The translations under genes and the position numbers were made by a program. This document shows, one piece after another, positions 1-12,300 of a DNA stretch of 64,000 nt (position 1 is the stretch's first letter; every line of letters begins with the position of its first letter). The notes under the pieces are model-generated. The model was given only the letters and a program-made list of their open reading frames with translations. It was not told where the DNA came from and did not search any database. This DNA is from Octopus bimaculoides (taxonomy: Eukaryota), in NCBI RefSeq assembly GCF_001194135.2, contig NC_068991.1:5967834-6031833 (forward strand), read 5' to 3'.

Positions 1-1259
1 TAGGGTGCGGTGGGGGTGGGGGTAAACTATGGCCCCTTTGGCACAGTATATGCATAGCATTCAATCCGGTTTCAAATTTTGGCACAAGGACACCAATTTC
101 GAGGAAGAGGGTAAATTAATTATATCGACCCCTAACACTCAACTAATGCTTATTTTATCAACCCCGAAAAGATAGAAGGCAAACTCAACCTCGACCGAAT
201 TTGAACTCAGAGCACGAAGACGGACAAAATGCCGCTAAGCATATTGTCCGTTATACTAACGATTCTGCCAGCTCACCGCCTTGTATTCTTTTCTACTCTA
301 GGCACAAGGCCCAGCATTTTTGGGGAGGTGGGGCAGTCGATTAGATCGATCCCAGTATGCAACTAGTACTTAATTTATCGACCCCCGAAACGATAAAAGG
401 CAAAGTCGACCTCAGCAGAATTTGAACTCAGAACGTAAAGACAGACGAAATATCGCTTAGCATTTCGCCCGGTGTGCTAATGTTTCTTATTTCTTTACTG
501 CCCACAAGGGGCTAAACATAGAGGGGACAAACAAGGACAGACAAAGGGATTAAGTCAATTAGACCAACCCCAGTACGTAACTGGTACTAAACTTATCGAC
601 CCCAAAAGGATGAAATGCAAAGTCGACCTCGGCAGAATTTGAACTCAGAACGTAACGGCAGAGGAAATACCGCTAAGCATTTCGCCCGGCACGCTAACGA
701 TTCTGCCAGCTCGCCACCTTGCGTTGCGCTCATAAAGGGCTCTTATACTTTCAGATGTAAAGTTTTAAAGGGCCAATGAAATAAAATGCTAGCCTAGTTT
801 AGGGGGTGGTGGAGTATAACCCAATTTTTTAATGGCAATTTTTTAATGGGGGTGAGATAACCAAAAAGTACCAAATAATGTATGCAACATAACCAATACA
901 TAAACCGTACATGTCTTTAATACTAGCTAAAAAGCCGTGCATATATTTAATATGAGATGAAACCGGTCACACTTCTCAGTGTTGCTCATGGCTGGGTAGG
1001 GTACATTGGGATGGTGCATCTCTGCTACTACGTCTGAAATACGAAACATAAAGGAACGGCCATGGGTGAAACGCTTTTGATCATCGGTTTATGCTCGCTC
1101 CCTCTCTTTCTCTCCCTCCTTCTCTCTCTCTCTCTTTATCTCCCTCCTCCTCTCTCTTTCTCTATCTATCTTTCTAGCTCAACTCTCTTTCTCGCGACTT
1201 TCTCTCTACTCTCTCCCTTTCTCGCTACTCTCTCTCTCTCTCCGTTTCTCTCTCTTTTT

Positions 1260-1290
<31 letters not shown>

Positions 1291-1497
1291 CTCACACACT
1301 CACACACACACGTACATATTGCTATGCTATATTCCCCCAACGTTTTAAAATACAATATAAAATAATGAAAAACTCCGATTCCTGTCTGAAAAATTGTGAT
1401 TCAAAACATTTAATTAAAAAACAGATAATCAAAAAATTAATTTGGCATTTTTCGGTCTAATTCCATACATAAATGAATTATTGCTGTGGATATGGAA

Positions 1498-1667
1498 NNN
1501 NNNNNNNNNNNNNNNNNNNNNNNNNNNNNNNNNNNNNNNNNNNNNNNNNNNNNNNNNNNNNNNNNNNNNNNNNNNNNNNNNNNNNNNNNNNNNNNNNNNN
1601 NNNNNNNNNNNNNNNNNNNNNNNNNNNNNNNNNNNNNNNNNNNNNNNNNNNNNNNNNNNNNNNNNNN
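1498..1667. other. Assembly gap (N). Other gaps: 7876-7885, 22213-22658, 56069-56875, 58573-58582
   Basis: Runs of n, mostly bordered by microsatellites. Confidence 0.99.
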
Positions 1668-1832
1668 TTGGTTGGCTGGTTGGTTGGTCGATCAGTCGGT
1701 TGGTTAGCTAGTTGGCTGGCTGGTCGGTCGGTCGGCCGGCTGTTTGGTTTGTTGGTCAATCGGTTGGTTGGTCGGTCCGTCGGTTAGCTGGTTGGGTGGC
1801 TGGTTCGCTGGCTGGTTGGTTGGCTGGTTGGT
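1668..1832. repeat. (GGTT/GGCT/GGTC)n tetranucleotide array next to a gap
   Basis: Direct reading. Confidence 0.9.
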
Positions 1833-1844
1833 TTCCATTATACA

Positions 1845-2110
1845 TCTCGGAGATGCTCTGGGATGCATCGTCAGTGATATTTCTGAGATATCAGCGCTTT
1901 CGGGTCTTTGACCATCAGATCCCCACACCCAGTTGTCCCAGCTGGTGTTGAGCAAGTCCCAATTTGCATTCCAACAGCATCAGCTAACTGGGCTTCCCTT
2001 TTTATCCAAAACCAACTTATGGCTTCTTCTGCAGCTTCAATGACGCAATTTATAGCCATCCTCTTTGCCGCACCAAAAAACATGTCGGTTGTCACACTCT
2101 TAGCATTTAT
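1845..2110 (-). mobile_element. 3' end of an RLE-type non-LTR retrotransposon (HERO-like)
   Basis: GAAKRMAINCVIEAAEEAISWFWIKRE resembles the recalled HERO C-terminus (R.AI....EAAE.ASRWLWIKR). It is followed by a 3' UTR-like aaagacccgaaa...atcactgacgatg. Confidence 0.5.
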
Positions 2111-2351
2111 AAATCGTGTATAACGGAAATACACTAATATTCTAGTCTGTTACTAATACTTATTTAATTGACTCAGCAGACAGGTAGCAGAAAGAGAAAT
2201 TTTACATTTGGTGGCTGTGTGGTAAGTAGCTTACTTACCAACCACATGGTTCCGAGCTCAGTCCCACTGAGTGACACCTTGGGCAAGTGTCTTCCACTAT
2301 AACCTCGGGCCAACCAAAGCCTTGTGAGTGGATTTGGTAGACAGAAACTGA

Positions 2352-2472
2352 TATTCACTAAATAGAACATGCCTCAGAGGTGAATTTTTGATTTGATGTT
2401 TATGTATCCTAATGCGGTATATCAATTTCGATCTTGTTTGGCCAATATAATTCTCATTGTATTTTGGACATG
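2352..2472 (-). mobile_element. Penelope-like GIY-YIG endonuclease fragment inserted inside a SINE
   Basis: CPKYNENYIGQTRSKLIYRIRIHKHQIK (YIGQT..R...H motif). It interrupts a SINE that resumes after about 2485. Confidence 0.65.
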
Positions 2473-2714
2473 TTTGCTTCCCAACCATATATATATATAC
2501 ACACACACACACATATATGAGTGTGTCTTTGTCCCCCATCACTGGCTTAACAGCCAGTGTTGGTGTGTTTACATCCCTGTAAGTTAGTGGTTCGGCAAAA
2601 GAGACCTCACGTGAAAGGAAAAAGTACTGGGGTCAATTCGTTGGCCTGAAATTCTTCAAGGTTGTGTCCCAGCATGGCTGCAGTCTAAGGACTGGAATAA
2701 TTGAAAAAATGTGT

Positions 2715-2757
<43 letters not shown>

Positions 2758-3171
2758 TGTGTGTGTGTGTGTGCGTGTGTGTATGCATACCTCTATGTAT
2801 GTATGCATGTATGTATGTATGTATGCGTATGTATGTATGCATGTGCGTGTCTGTATTTGTCCTCCACAGTTTAACTCGTCTTAGTTTATTTACATCCCCT
2901 TAACTTAGCGGTTCGACAATTAGTGACCGATAGAATAATTACCAGATCGACAAAAAAGAAATACAAGTGCTGGGGGGGGTCGATTCTTTCCGACTAAACT
3001 CTTCGAGGTGGTACCCCAGCATGGCCACAGTCCAATGAGTGAAACGAGTAAAAGATATATAAAAAAAAAAGAAAAGAAATTGTGCCATTTGAATAGTTGA
3101 AGCAAAACTTCTCTCGTTTTAAGTTACGACGTAAACGCGGGAAAGGCAAACACAAGAAGGCGTGTCGGCTG

Positions 3172-3194
3172 CACGTGACTATGAATTATCCAAT
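3172..3194 (+). promoter_or_regulatory. Candidate promoter elements of the calmodulin-like gene: E-box CACGTG (3172-3177) and CCAAT (3190-3194)
   Basis: Both motifs lie in a CpG-retaining patch about 160-180 nt upstream of the candidate ATG. Confidence 0.35.
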
Positions 3195-3352
3195 CACAAC
3201 GCACTATCAGCTACTTCCCTCCCTTCTCCTACCTTACTCACTCATTCTAAAATGAAGAAATCATTGTATCAAGTTGATTCTCATACAAAGCTGAAAGTTT
3301 CATAATTATAGTTTTCCTTTCCTTCTGTTCCCTACAAACATCTTACTACGCG

Positions 3353-3379
3353 ATGCCATTTTCTTCAGACACGAATGAT
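3353..3379 (+). CDS. Calmodulin-like, candidate coding exon 1 (MPFSSDTND)
   Basis: ATG at 3353, open to a consensus donor GAT|GTAAGT, phase 0 and in frame with exon 2. It lies in a CpG-retaining region with CACGTG and CCAAT upstream. There is no homology support for these 9 aa. Confidence 0.55.
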
Positions 3380-6300
3380 GTAAGTTTCGCAACGATTTTT
3401 GTTATTTTTTAATTATTATTTTCATGTTTTGTTTATGTTACAATACAGTGCAAAGGGCTCCGGGAAGGTGCTGACCCCATGTATGTATGTATGCCTGTAT
3501 ATATGTATATATGTATGCATGTGCGTGTCTATTTTGTCCTCCGCAGTTTAACTCGTCTTAGTTTATTTACATCCCCTTAACTTAGCGGTTCGAAAATTAG
3601 TGGTCGATAGAATAATTACCAGATCGACAAAAAAGAAATACAAGTGCTGGGGGGGTCGATTCTTTCCGACTAAACTCTTCGATGCCTGTCGCATCAAATG
3701 AGACAAATCATCATATATATATATATATATATATGATTATATATATATATATATGATTATATATATATATAAATGATTATATATAATTATATATGTATAT
3801 AATTATTTTTATATATATAATCATTTATATATATATATATATATTCATCTATTTGTCTGTTTGTCCCTCTTTTTCCCTCTCTCTCTCTCTCTATATATAT
3901 AAATATATAAAAACATTGATCGTCAGTAGATCATATATATATATACATGTATACATACGTACATACATACATACATATACACAAACACACATAGAATACA
4001 TACATATGTGTATGTATATACATACATATATATATTTATATATATATATAGAGAGAGAGGGGGTCAGACAAACAAATAGATGAATAGGTAGACACGCAAA
4101 TATTCTGGGGTCAGTTCGTTACTCATTTTCGTCACGTGTTTATGAAAATTGCGAGTTAAGGCGGTCAAGAAATAGAAAGTGGTATAATTAGTTAAAACCG
4201 AACTATTTAGAAATCAATGAGACACTACTTAGGCACAAAAATATATTTCGGTCAAGTGAAAATAAGTTTTAAAACTACGTTTGAATTTCTTCAAATAAAA
4301 CCGGTGTTTTTGTTCATGTTCTTCTATAAAGAAGCAGTTCAATAAGTGATCGATGAAATAAAATGAGTACCAGGGTAAAGGGATCTTTTTTAAAAAATTC
4401 TTCGAACCACTTGAATTAAGTATAACTTACACAAATGTACCACACTCAATGTGACTTTGTTTCCTCATAACTTTCAGAAAAATGGATATTTTTTAATAAT
4501 TACTTTTCAGATGGTGTAAATTACAACTATATGGGAATTTAATACCATAGGCGCAGATACATATTAATTCACATCACGTAATTCTTTCCAAAATTTCAAA
4601 TTTCATTTTGTAGGTATATATGCGATGTATACGGCCCATCATTTTTTTTTTTTCCCCCATATTAAATTCTGCCATAATCGCATTCTACACTGTCTGAAAA
4701 GTATTTGTAGAAGATATTCATTAAAAAATATCTAGTTTTTGAAAGTTTGAAAGTCTGCGGGGTACACTTGTGGTGTACCGTTGAATTATTTTTAATTACA
4801 TGATTTTAAATGCTTGTAACTTTTTTTTTATTTTGTTATTATTAATTTTCAAAATTAATGAATGTGACTTTCTCCATCGACATGCAAAACTACATTAAAG
4901 TAGAAAAAAGTAGAATTTTTTTTTTTTTTAATTCTGGTGAAAATTTGAAATAATTTAAATGGTTGGAAGAATTTTCTGTGATGGTACGATTGTTATAAGA
5001 CCCTTTAAAGCGGTACTCCAGTATGGCCGCAATCCAAGTCATCGATATAGTTGCATTATTTTTTCCTAACGAAACTTAAAATTAGATTATCGAGTCGATT
5101 TTTGTAACATGATATATTTTCTGTATGATTATCATCTATTTCAATGTTTTCTCCTCCATGTGGATTTTACAATGGGGTTTGTAAAGAAGGGCGGTATATA
5201 TTCGCGCCTTTCTTAAACCCAGGCAATCGTTAAAAATGCTATCATATTATAACATCGTGATGGGAATATTAATATTCATTTTGACTGATGAAATGAAATC
5301 TTTAAAAGAAGGTGCATCGATTTCATTATAATTTCTTTTTAGTTAATCCTATTCGTGTTCTCAGATCTATCGAGCTTCTTTTCAAATTTTTTTTAGTGTA
5401 ATGATTGCATACAATCAGTGTCGAAGGGGTCAGTGGTATTTGCATGGATTTATGAAGGAAAATCAAATGAGTTTTATTACTTCGTTGCTGGTAGTAAATA
5501 GATATTAGTATGTATAGTAAATTGTGTCATATGATGGTTGTATATAGTCAAGTGAATAATTCATACGCGTAAAATGAAACTGATTGTTGCAAAGTTGCCT
5601 GTCATAGAGCAACGTGCGTAGATACATATCTAATGTACAGGTAGGCGCAGTTTGGCCAAATGGTTAAGTTCGCTTCACAGCCACGAGGTCCCAGGTTCAA
5701 TCATGTTGTGTGTAACTTTTTTTTTTTCTTCGGGGTTGAGGCTTTACACTTACTTCGGTTTTCAGGGTTGAGTTAACAAATAGAAAACTCATCCAACTTC
5801 AAAAACAATTGTCCCAATGCCCGAGCCACGCAAACATAGAAAAATATTAAATATAAGACAGTAGAAAATAGATTTCAGTTCAATACTTCTTTAATTAAAA
5901 CGTCATTTAGTTAAAACGTAATTTAACTTATTTCTACGAATTCAGATACTTCTTCATTTTCATATTGGGTTGTCAGATAAATTCGTTCATATGTTTCCTG
6001 CTTGGCATTCCATCGTCATGTCTGAAAAGAGATAAAAAATTATGGAAATTTCAAAAACGATTGGCAAAAGTTGTAGAGGTAAAATAGAGCAACAAGAAAG
6101 CCATAAAACACTACGATAAAAATAATTTTCATGTTAATTCAAACAATATTGGTAAGGATTAAAAATAAATGGGGAAACAACGAATCTATGACAACCCAGT
6201 TAGGCAGATACTCCCATAGTTGTGCGTGTGTATGAAGATACGTATGGGCAACGGATATCGTTACCCTTGATTCGGTTTCAGCTTCTTGACTCACGCTGAG

Positions 6301-9300
6301 GTGTTAATTACCAACAGTAATTAGTATGTATATCATCTGTACATGACAAAAGTTCTCAGCTCTTGGTGTGCATGCAAAATATAAAGCCTTGGGCTTTGTG
6401 GATTTAGGTTCAGTCCTACTGTGCGACATCTTGAGCATGTGACCGAACTTGTTAAATTTCTTCCAAGCACTTGCAGGAATTACATTTTCTTTTGGTTGCA
6501 AGAAATTTCGCAAGATCCCGAGTGATTTGTACAACAGCCTTTGGTCGACCAATGCCTTGTGAGTGAGTTTGGTAGGTAGAAACTGTGGAAGACTATCATA
6601 TGTGTGTGTGTGTCCAGGTTCAGTCCCACTGCATGGCACCTTGAGCAAGTGTCTTCTACTATAGCCTCAAGCTGACAAAATCCTTGTGAGTGGATTTAGT
6701 AGACGGAAATTGAAAGAAACCCATCGTGTATGTGTGCGTAGAGTACATCTGTGTACGTATGCTGCTATATGTATATATAAATAGGAAAAAATAGAACAAA
6801 AACGCAATAGAGGACAATAAAACATTTGGATAGATAGACGATACAAAGGAGACAGGAAAAACAATAATTAGAAGGAAGGGGGAAAAAAGGACGGGTCATT
6901 TGTGGCTTTCTTTCTTCAGTCAAGTTGCCAGATGTCCTTACAGTTTCGGGCAGTTACACTTGAGATTGTTCGATCTGGCTGCCCCCAAAAAAGTCTAACC
7001 TAAGAGCATTAGATTTTTTGTAAGAAGGCTAGTGAACACCACACTTAAAAAATATAAACACCGAAGTCAATTTGTTTGACTGGAACCCTGTAATACAATG
7101 CCCCAGCTTGGTCGCTGTTCAATGAATGAAACAAGTGAATGATAAGATCACTATTTTACTAATTTCATCCTTGTTATATAAATAATCTTAATGCACCAAA
7201 GGCAATTATACCAAACCTTGGTGTAATCACCTTCCCTGCCACCGTTTGAGTAAGCTGTACATATCGCATAATTCCAGCGCAGTATTATCAGCCTCTCGTC
7301 TTTACATGTGCACCAAACTTGATAACGTTGTCACACATTTACAGCTAGGCTCAGCCAACAACTAGTTATCTTATAATTGTAATGGATACTGAAATCTCTG
7401 TGTTTTTGAGTACCGGCATGTATGTATGTACATATATGTGTATTTATGTATATGCATATATATGTGTGATACATATATATATATAATATGTTATTAGTAA
7501 TGGAATTAGTGTTTGTTTAGAATAGCAACTTTACTTAATGTGGGTGTAGTTTAAGAACGGCACAATACTGCAGTATTCATGTTGAGAAAGCATCTCAATT
7601 AGACATATAATGCTAAAAAGCTAAGAAGTATCGGCAGTGGATGGCAAATGTCCAGCTTGATCCTTGGATCTTGCAATTCCGCTGTCACTACTGGACACTT
7701 TTCCTCTCCCACTGTATACTTCTATGCTTTTTTAGCACTAAGTGTCTATACTAGTTGCCTTCCCAAGATAAATACTGTAATTTACAACAGGTTTTCTTAC
7801 AGCACATCTGTGTTGATTTTTTTTTCTTTCTTATGTGCCCTTTTAAAGCCTAGCCAGGCTCATGGGCCCGGTTTCNNNNNNNNNNGTTACTCAAGAGATA
7901 AGAAGAAAGAGTGAGAGAAATATGTGACAAACGTATTTCAACTAACCTAAATTGTGAATATATATATATATAGCAATAAGAAAATGGAGGGGAATATGTG
8001 GTACTCATCAACTTGCAGACATTGTATTATGTCTATTTGCCTGTTTATTTTTCAACTAAGAGGACTATATTGTTTTTATTGTCCTGTCCTCTTAGTTGAA
8101 AAATAAACAGGCAAGTTGATGAGTACCACATATGTATGTATGTATGTATCATCATCATTATTTGACAGGAGCTGGCCATGCAGAAGACTGCACCAGACTT
8201 CTGTGTCTGTTTTGGCATGGTTTTTACAGCTGGATGCCCTTCCTGTCACCAACCACTCCAAGAGTGTAATGAGTACTTTTACGTGCCACCAATACAGGTG
8301 CCAATTTGTTGAACAAAAAATATTAATAATAATAGATATACACAAGTGTTTTCAGGAATTAATTGCAAGATTTTGAAATTACAGTTACTGATATAATGTG
8401 CTTTAATTAAGAATTGCATCATGTTTCGTAAACATCTGGTTTTCAATAACTTATAAATGCCACCTACATAAAATAGAGTAGTTAAGTTAGCGTTAACATA
8501 TTCAGAACAGAGAACATTAAATAGTAATTACTTAGTAAAGAAAAAACTATTAATGACTAATATTATTTTATTGGGCATTTGATTAAGAAGTTTGCTTCTC
8601 AGCCATTTTATTTTGGCTTCAGTCCCACTGCTTGGCACCTTGGGCAAAGCTTTACGAGTGGATTTTAGTAGACAGAAACTGAAAGAAGCTTATCGTGTGT
8701 GTACATAGATATAGATATACAGAGATCCTCTACAAGAACCTGCACTGCTCTTCTCATAGTTCAATCCCTCGTTCACCAGCATGAAGCTGACCAACACACC
8801 AGGGTTTGTAGTTCTACAAGCTACGCAATGACCTCAGTAGTGCAGATGGTACATAAAAGGTGCCCAGTTCATGCTGTTGGAATACAATGCTGTCCTTGGA
8901 AACATCAGATTCTGTCAAATTGTCTAACCCACACCAGCAAGGAATATAATTAAACGATAATGATGACGATTAATATCTATATATATATATGTGTGTGTAC
9001 CCATCTCTCCTCCTTCCATGTGATCTTTCTTTCTCCGCTTGACTGCCGACCGCCAACACCTCTTATGTCCATCTCATGTTTCTGCCTTTAGGTTTTCACT
9101 TCATACACAGCTCAATTTGATTCATTCTCAGTCGAAAGACACCTGTTGTTATTTCTTGTTGCTGTGTTCATAATGTGTACCATGTTCTCCGTTTTTTGTT
9201 TGCTTGTTTGTTTTTTTGTCTTTGTTGTATACATTTGCTAGCTTTCTTACGAAGGGGTCTAATGCTCTTAGCTTAGACTTTTTTGGAGGCCACCAGATCG

Positions 9301-12300
9301 AACCATCTCAAGTGTAACTGCCCAAAATGGTCGTGACTTCTGGGACTTGTGAAATGCTGATGCTCATTTGAATCACCTACACACGCATATATGTGTGTGT
9401 GTGGTATGTATGTATATAAAAGGCTTCTTTTAGTTTCCATTTACCAAATACACTCAAAAGATTTCATAAACCCAGGGCTGTAATAGAAGATACCCTAGGT
9501 ACCACACAGTGCTACTGAACTTCATATGTATGTATGTATACAATGGGCTTCTTTTAGTTTCCATTTACCAAACCCACTCAAAAGATTTGATCGACCCAGG
9601 GTTGTAGTAGAAGACAATTGCCTGATGTGCCAATTAGTAGGACTGAGCACATGGGAGGCAAACTTCTTAACCACACATTGATACCTGCTCTTAAATGTGA
9701 ACTAGAAAAGGTATAGAGCTACTGTTGAGGACTTTAATGCTTTAATACAGTGGTTCCCAAAGTGGGCGATACCACCCCGCTGGGGACAGTGGAGAAATCG
9801 GGGGGGGGGGCAGAAAATGGAGTAACCAAAATGGGTCAATGGATATAATTAAAAAAAAAAATTTAAAAACAGGGTTAATTGGGTTAAGTTATAATTGTGA
9901 AATATTGTTGTTATGAATTCACTGCAGAAAATGGTTTATCTCTGTGATGGTGAGTTAGAGGAAGGGATTAGGAATGTGGCCATAGAACCAAGAGGGTGGC
10001 ATCCTGAAAAAAAAAATTGGGGAACCACTACTTTAAGGTAAAAGAAATATGCTTCAAAACGAATGTAGTACAAGCTAGGAATAGCAAAGAAGCTTTGCAT
10101 CTTCCTACATTAAATGTTAATGGGTTCCAACATATCATTCAAGAGCTCTGTAATACAATCCAGAGAAACAACTAATATGCCAGACAGTCGACATACGTAG
10201 CTACCTGCTGTATGCTAATGTGTGTCTTCAAACTAGCTTATTTACAATGATCTACGTTCTAATATATTTGATTTGACCTATAACACCTCTCCTAAAAAAA
10301 AAGCAACCTGTAATATACTGGTTTGGATGGTTAAAACTACCAGTATATGTTGAATTTGGGAGTCACAACTATTATGAATTTGTCAGATCAAATGGGATTT
10401 CTTGAATGAAAAAGTATCGTAGTTAATCTTCTTTCTCTACCATATTGAACTGGTGTGTTACCATAAAAGTATACTAAAGGTGTCTCTATTTTTCAAGAAC
10501 ACAATACTGCAACGTCAGCCGTACCAACTCATCAATATCCAAACAGCTGCAATTAATTGACTCTTTCCATGATAACACATGGTCACGGATATTAAAAAAA
10601 TTAACTCAGCACAGACTTAACATACTGTTTAGATCAGAGATGGGCAACTTTTTGTCAACTGGGGGCCACATTCTACCATTTCCTAGTGGGAGAAGGCCAC
10701 ATGATAAAGCACATATGCATGAAATATTATTTGACCACTTTACACTGAATGTTTTTGCAGTTCTTCTTGATTTTATTTCTCTTAGTATGGAAGTTTATTT
10801 CAGTTCTTTATTTAAGAGATGAGGAATTATGTACCAGTCCCCCTCCCCCTGGCTCCTGTGGCGGTGGCACGTAAAAAGCAGCCACTACACTCTTGGAGTG
10901 GTTGGCATTAGGAAGGGCATCCAGCTGTGGAAACACTGCCAGATCAGATTGCAACCTGGTGCAGCCTTCTGGCTTGCCAGTCCTCAGTCAAAACATCCAG
11001 CCCATGCCAGCACGGAAAACGGACGTTAAACAATGATGATGATATTTAGATCGGTGTTTCTTAACCAAAGCAATAGCATCTCCTTCGGGTTGAGTGATGT
11101 TGAAAATTCACAAGGATGCTGTAGGAGGCCCAGGGTGTTTAGAATGGTTGGGGGTGGGGGTTAGTGATAAAATATGTAAACCAGGTACAATACTTTTTTT
11201 TTTTTTTTTTTTTTTCAAAAGAATCTTTGTTGGAATCTGAATGTGAGTAGGAGGACATTGTTATCAGTGAGTAGGAGGACATTGTTATCAGTGAGCAGAA
11301 ACATAAACGACTGATGGTGATGATGATGATGATGATTATGCACCAAGGTTAAATAGAATCTCATCATTCATAGAAGTCTCTGTCTTCTTTAGTAATTTCT
11401 TTTACCTTTTTCTTGTTTCTCTCAGTGAAACGTGGCCATGCTGGAGCACTGCTTTGAAGGGTTTAATTCAGACATGGCCAGCTCGAATTACATTGCGGGG
11501 CCACTTGTATCCTGACAGAATTGAAAGCATTTTGCTTTCTCATACCATTATTACAATAATGAATGAATGATTGTTGATTCAGCATGAAATATTATCATTG
11601 CAAAAACGGTAGTATTTTTTTTTTTACTTTTCATTACAATCTTTAATTTTTGATAAAAAAATTTTTAATGTTTGTTTAAATAAACCCATTTCAAGAAAGT
11701 ATCAAGCGGGCTGCAAGATAAAAGTCTGCGGCCCGCGGGCCTCAGGTTGGCCAGCCCTGGTTTAGTTGAACAGATTGACCCCAGTACTTATTTTAAGTCT
11801 GGTACTTATTTATATCAATCTGTTTTGCTGAACCACTAAGTTATGGGGGTAGGGTGTAAACAAGCCAACGGTGGTGGTAGACAAAAACACAAACACACAT
11901 ATATGGGCTTCCAAACAGTTTCCATCAACCAAATTCACTGACAATGCTTCGATCAGCCCAGGGCTATAAAAGAAGGCACAGCTTTGAAGGTTTTAGCCAA
12001 ACAAATCAAAGCCAGTTCTCATGTATTTTTCTTTTGAAGTCTGCTTATTATTCTATTGGTGTCATTTGGTGGAGTGCTAAGTCACAAGGACATACACACA
12101 CACAATAATTGATGAAAGAAACAGAAAATAGATTTAATGCTAGTCTTTAGACAAGTTGGAATCAAAAGCCATGGTTCTCGGCTGTCACTCCCAGAGCCAT
12201 ATATGACCCTCAAGCATCCTTCCAGTAAGTCCCTCAACAAGGGCCCACATGACCTTGGTGGCAGTGGGGGGTCCACATAAAATTTTGTTGTTAAAATTTA

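Noticed and set aside
1880-1920. Hammerhead-like CTGATG...GACCCGAAAGCGCT on - in the retroelement 3' UTR
   Set aside because: It lacks A9 of CUGANGA and has no valid NUH with stem I in register.
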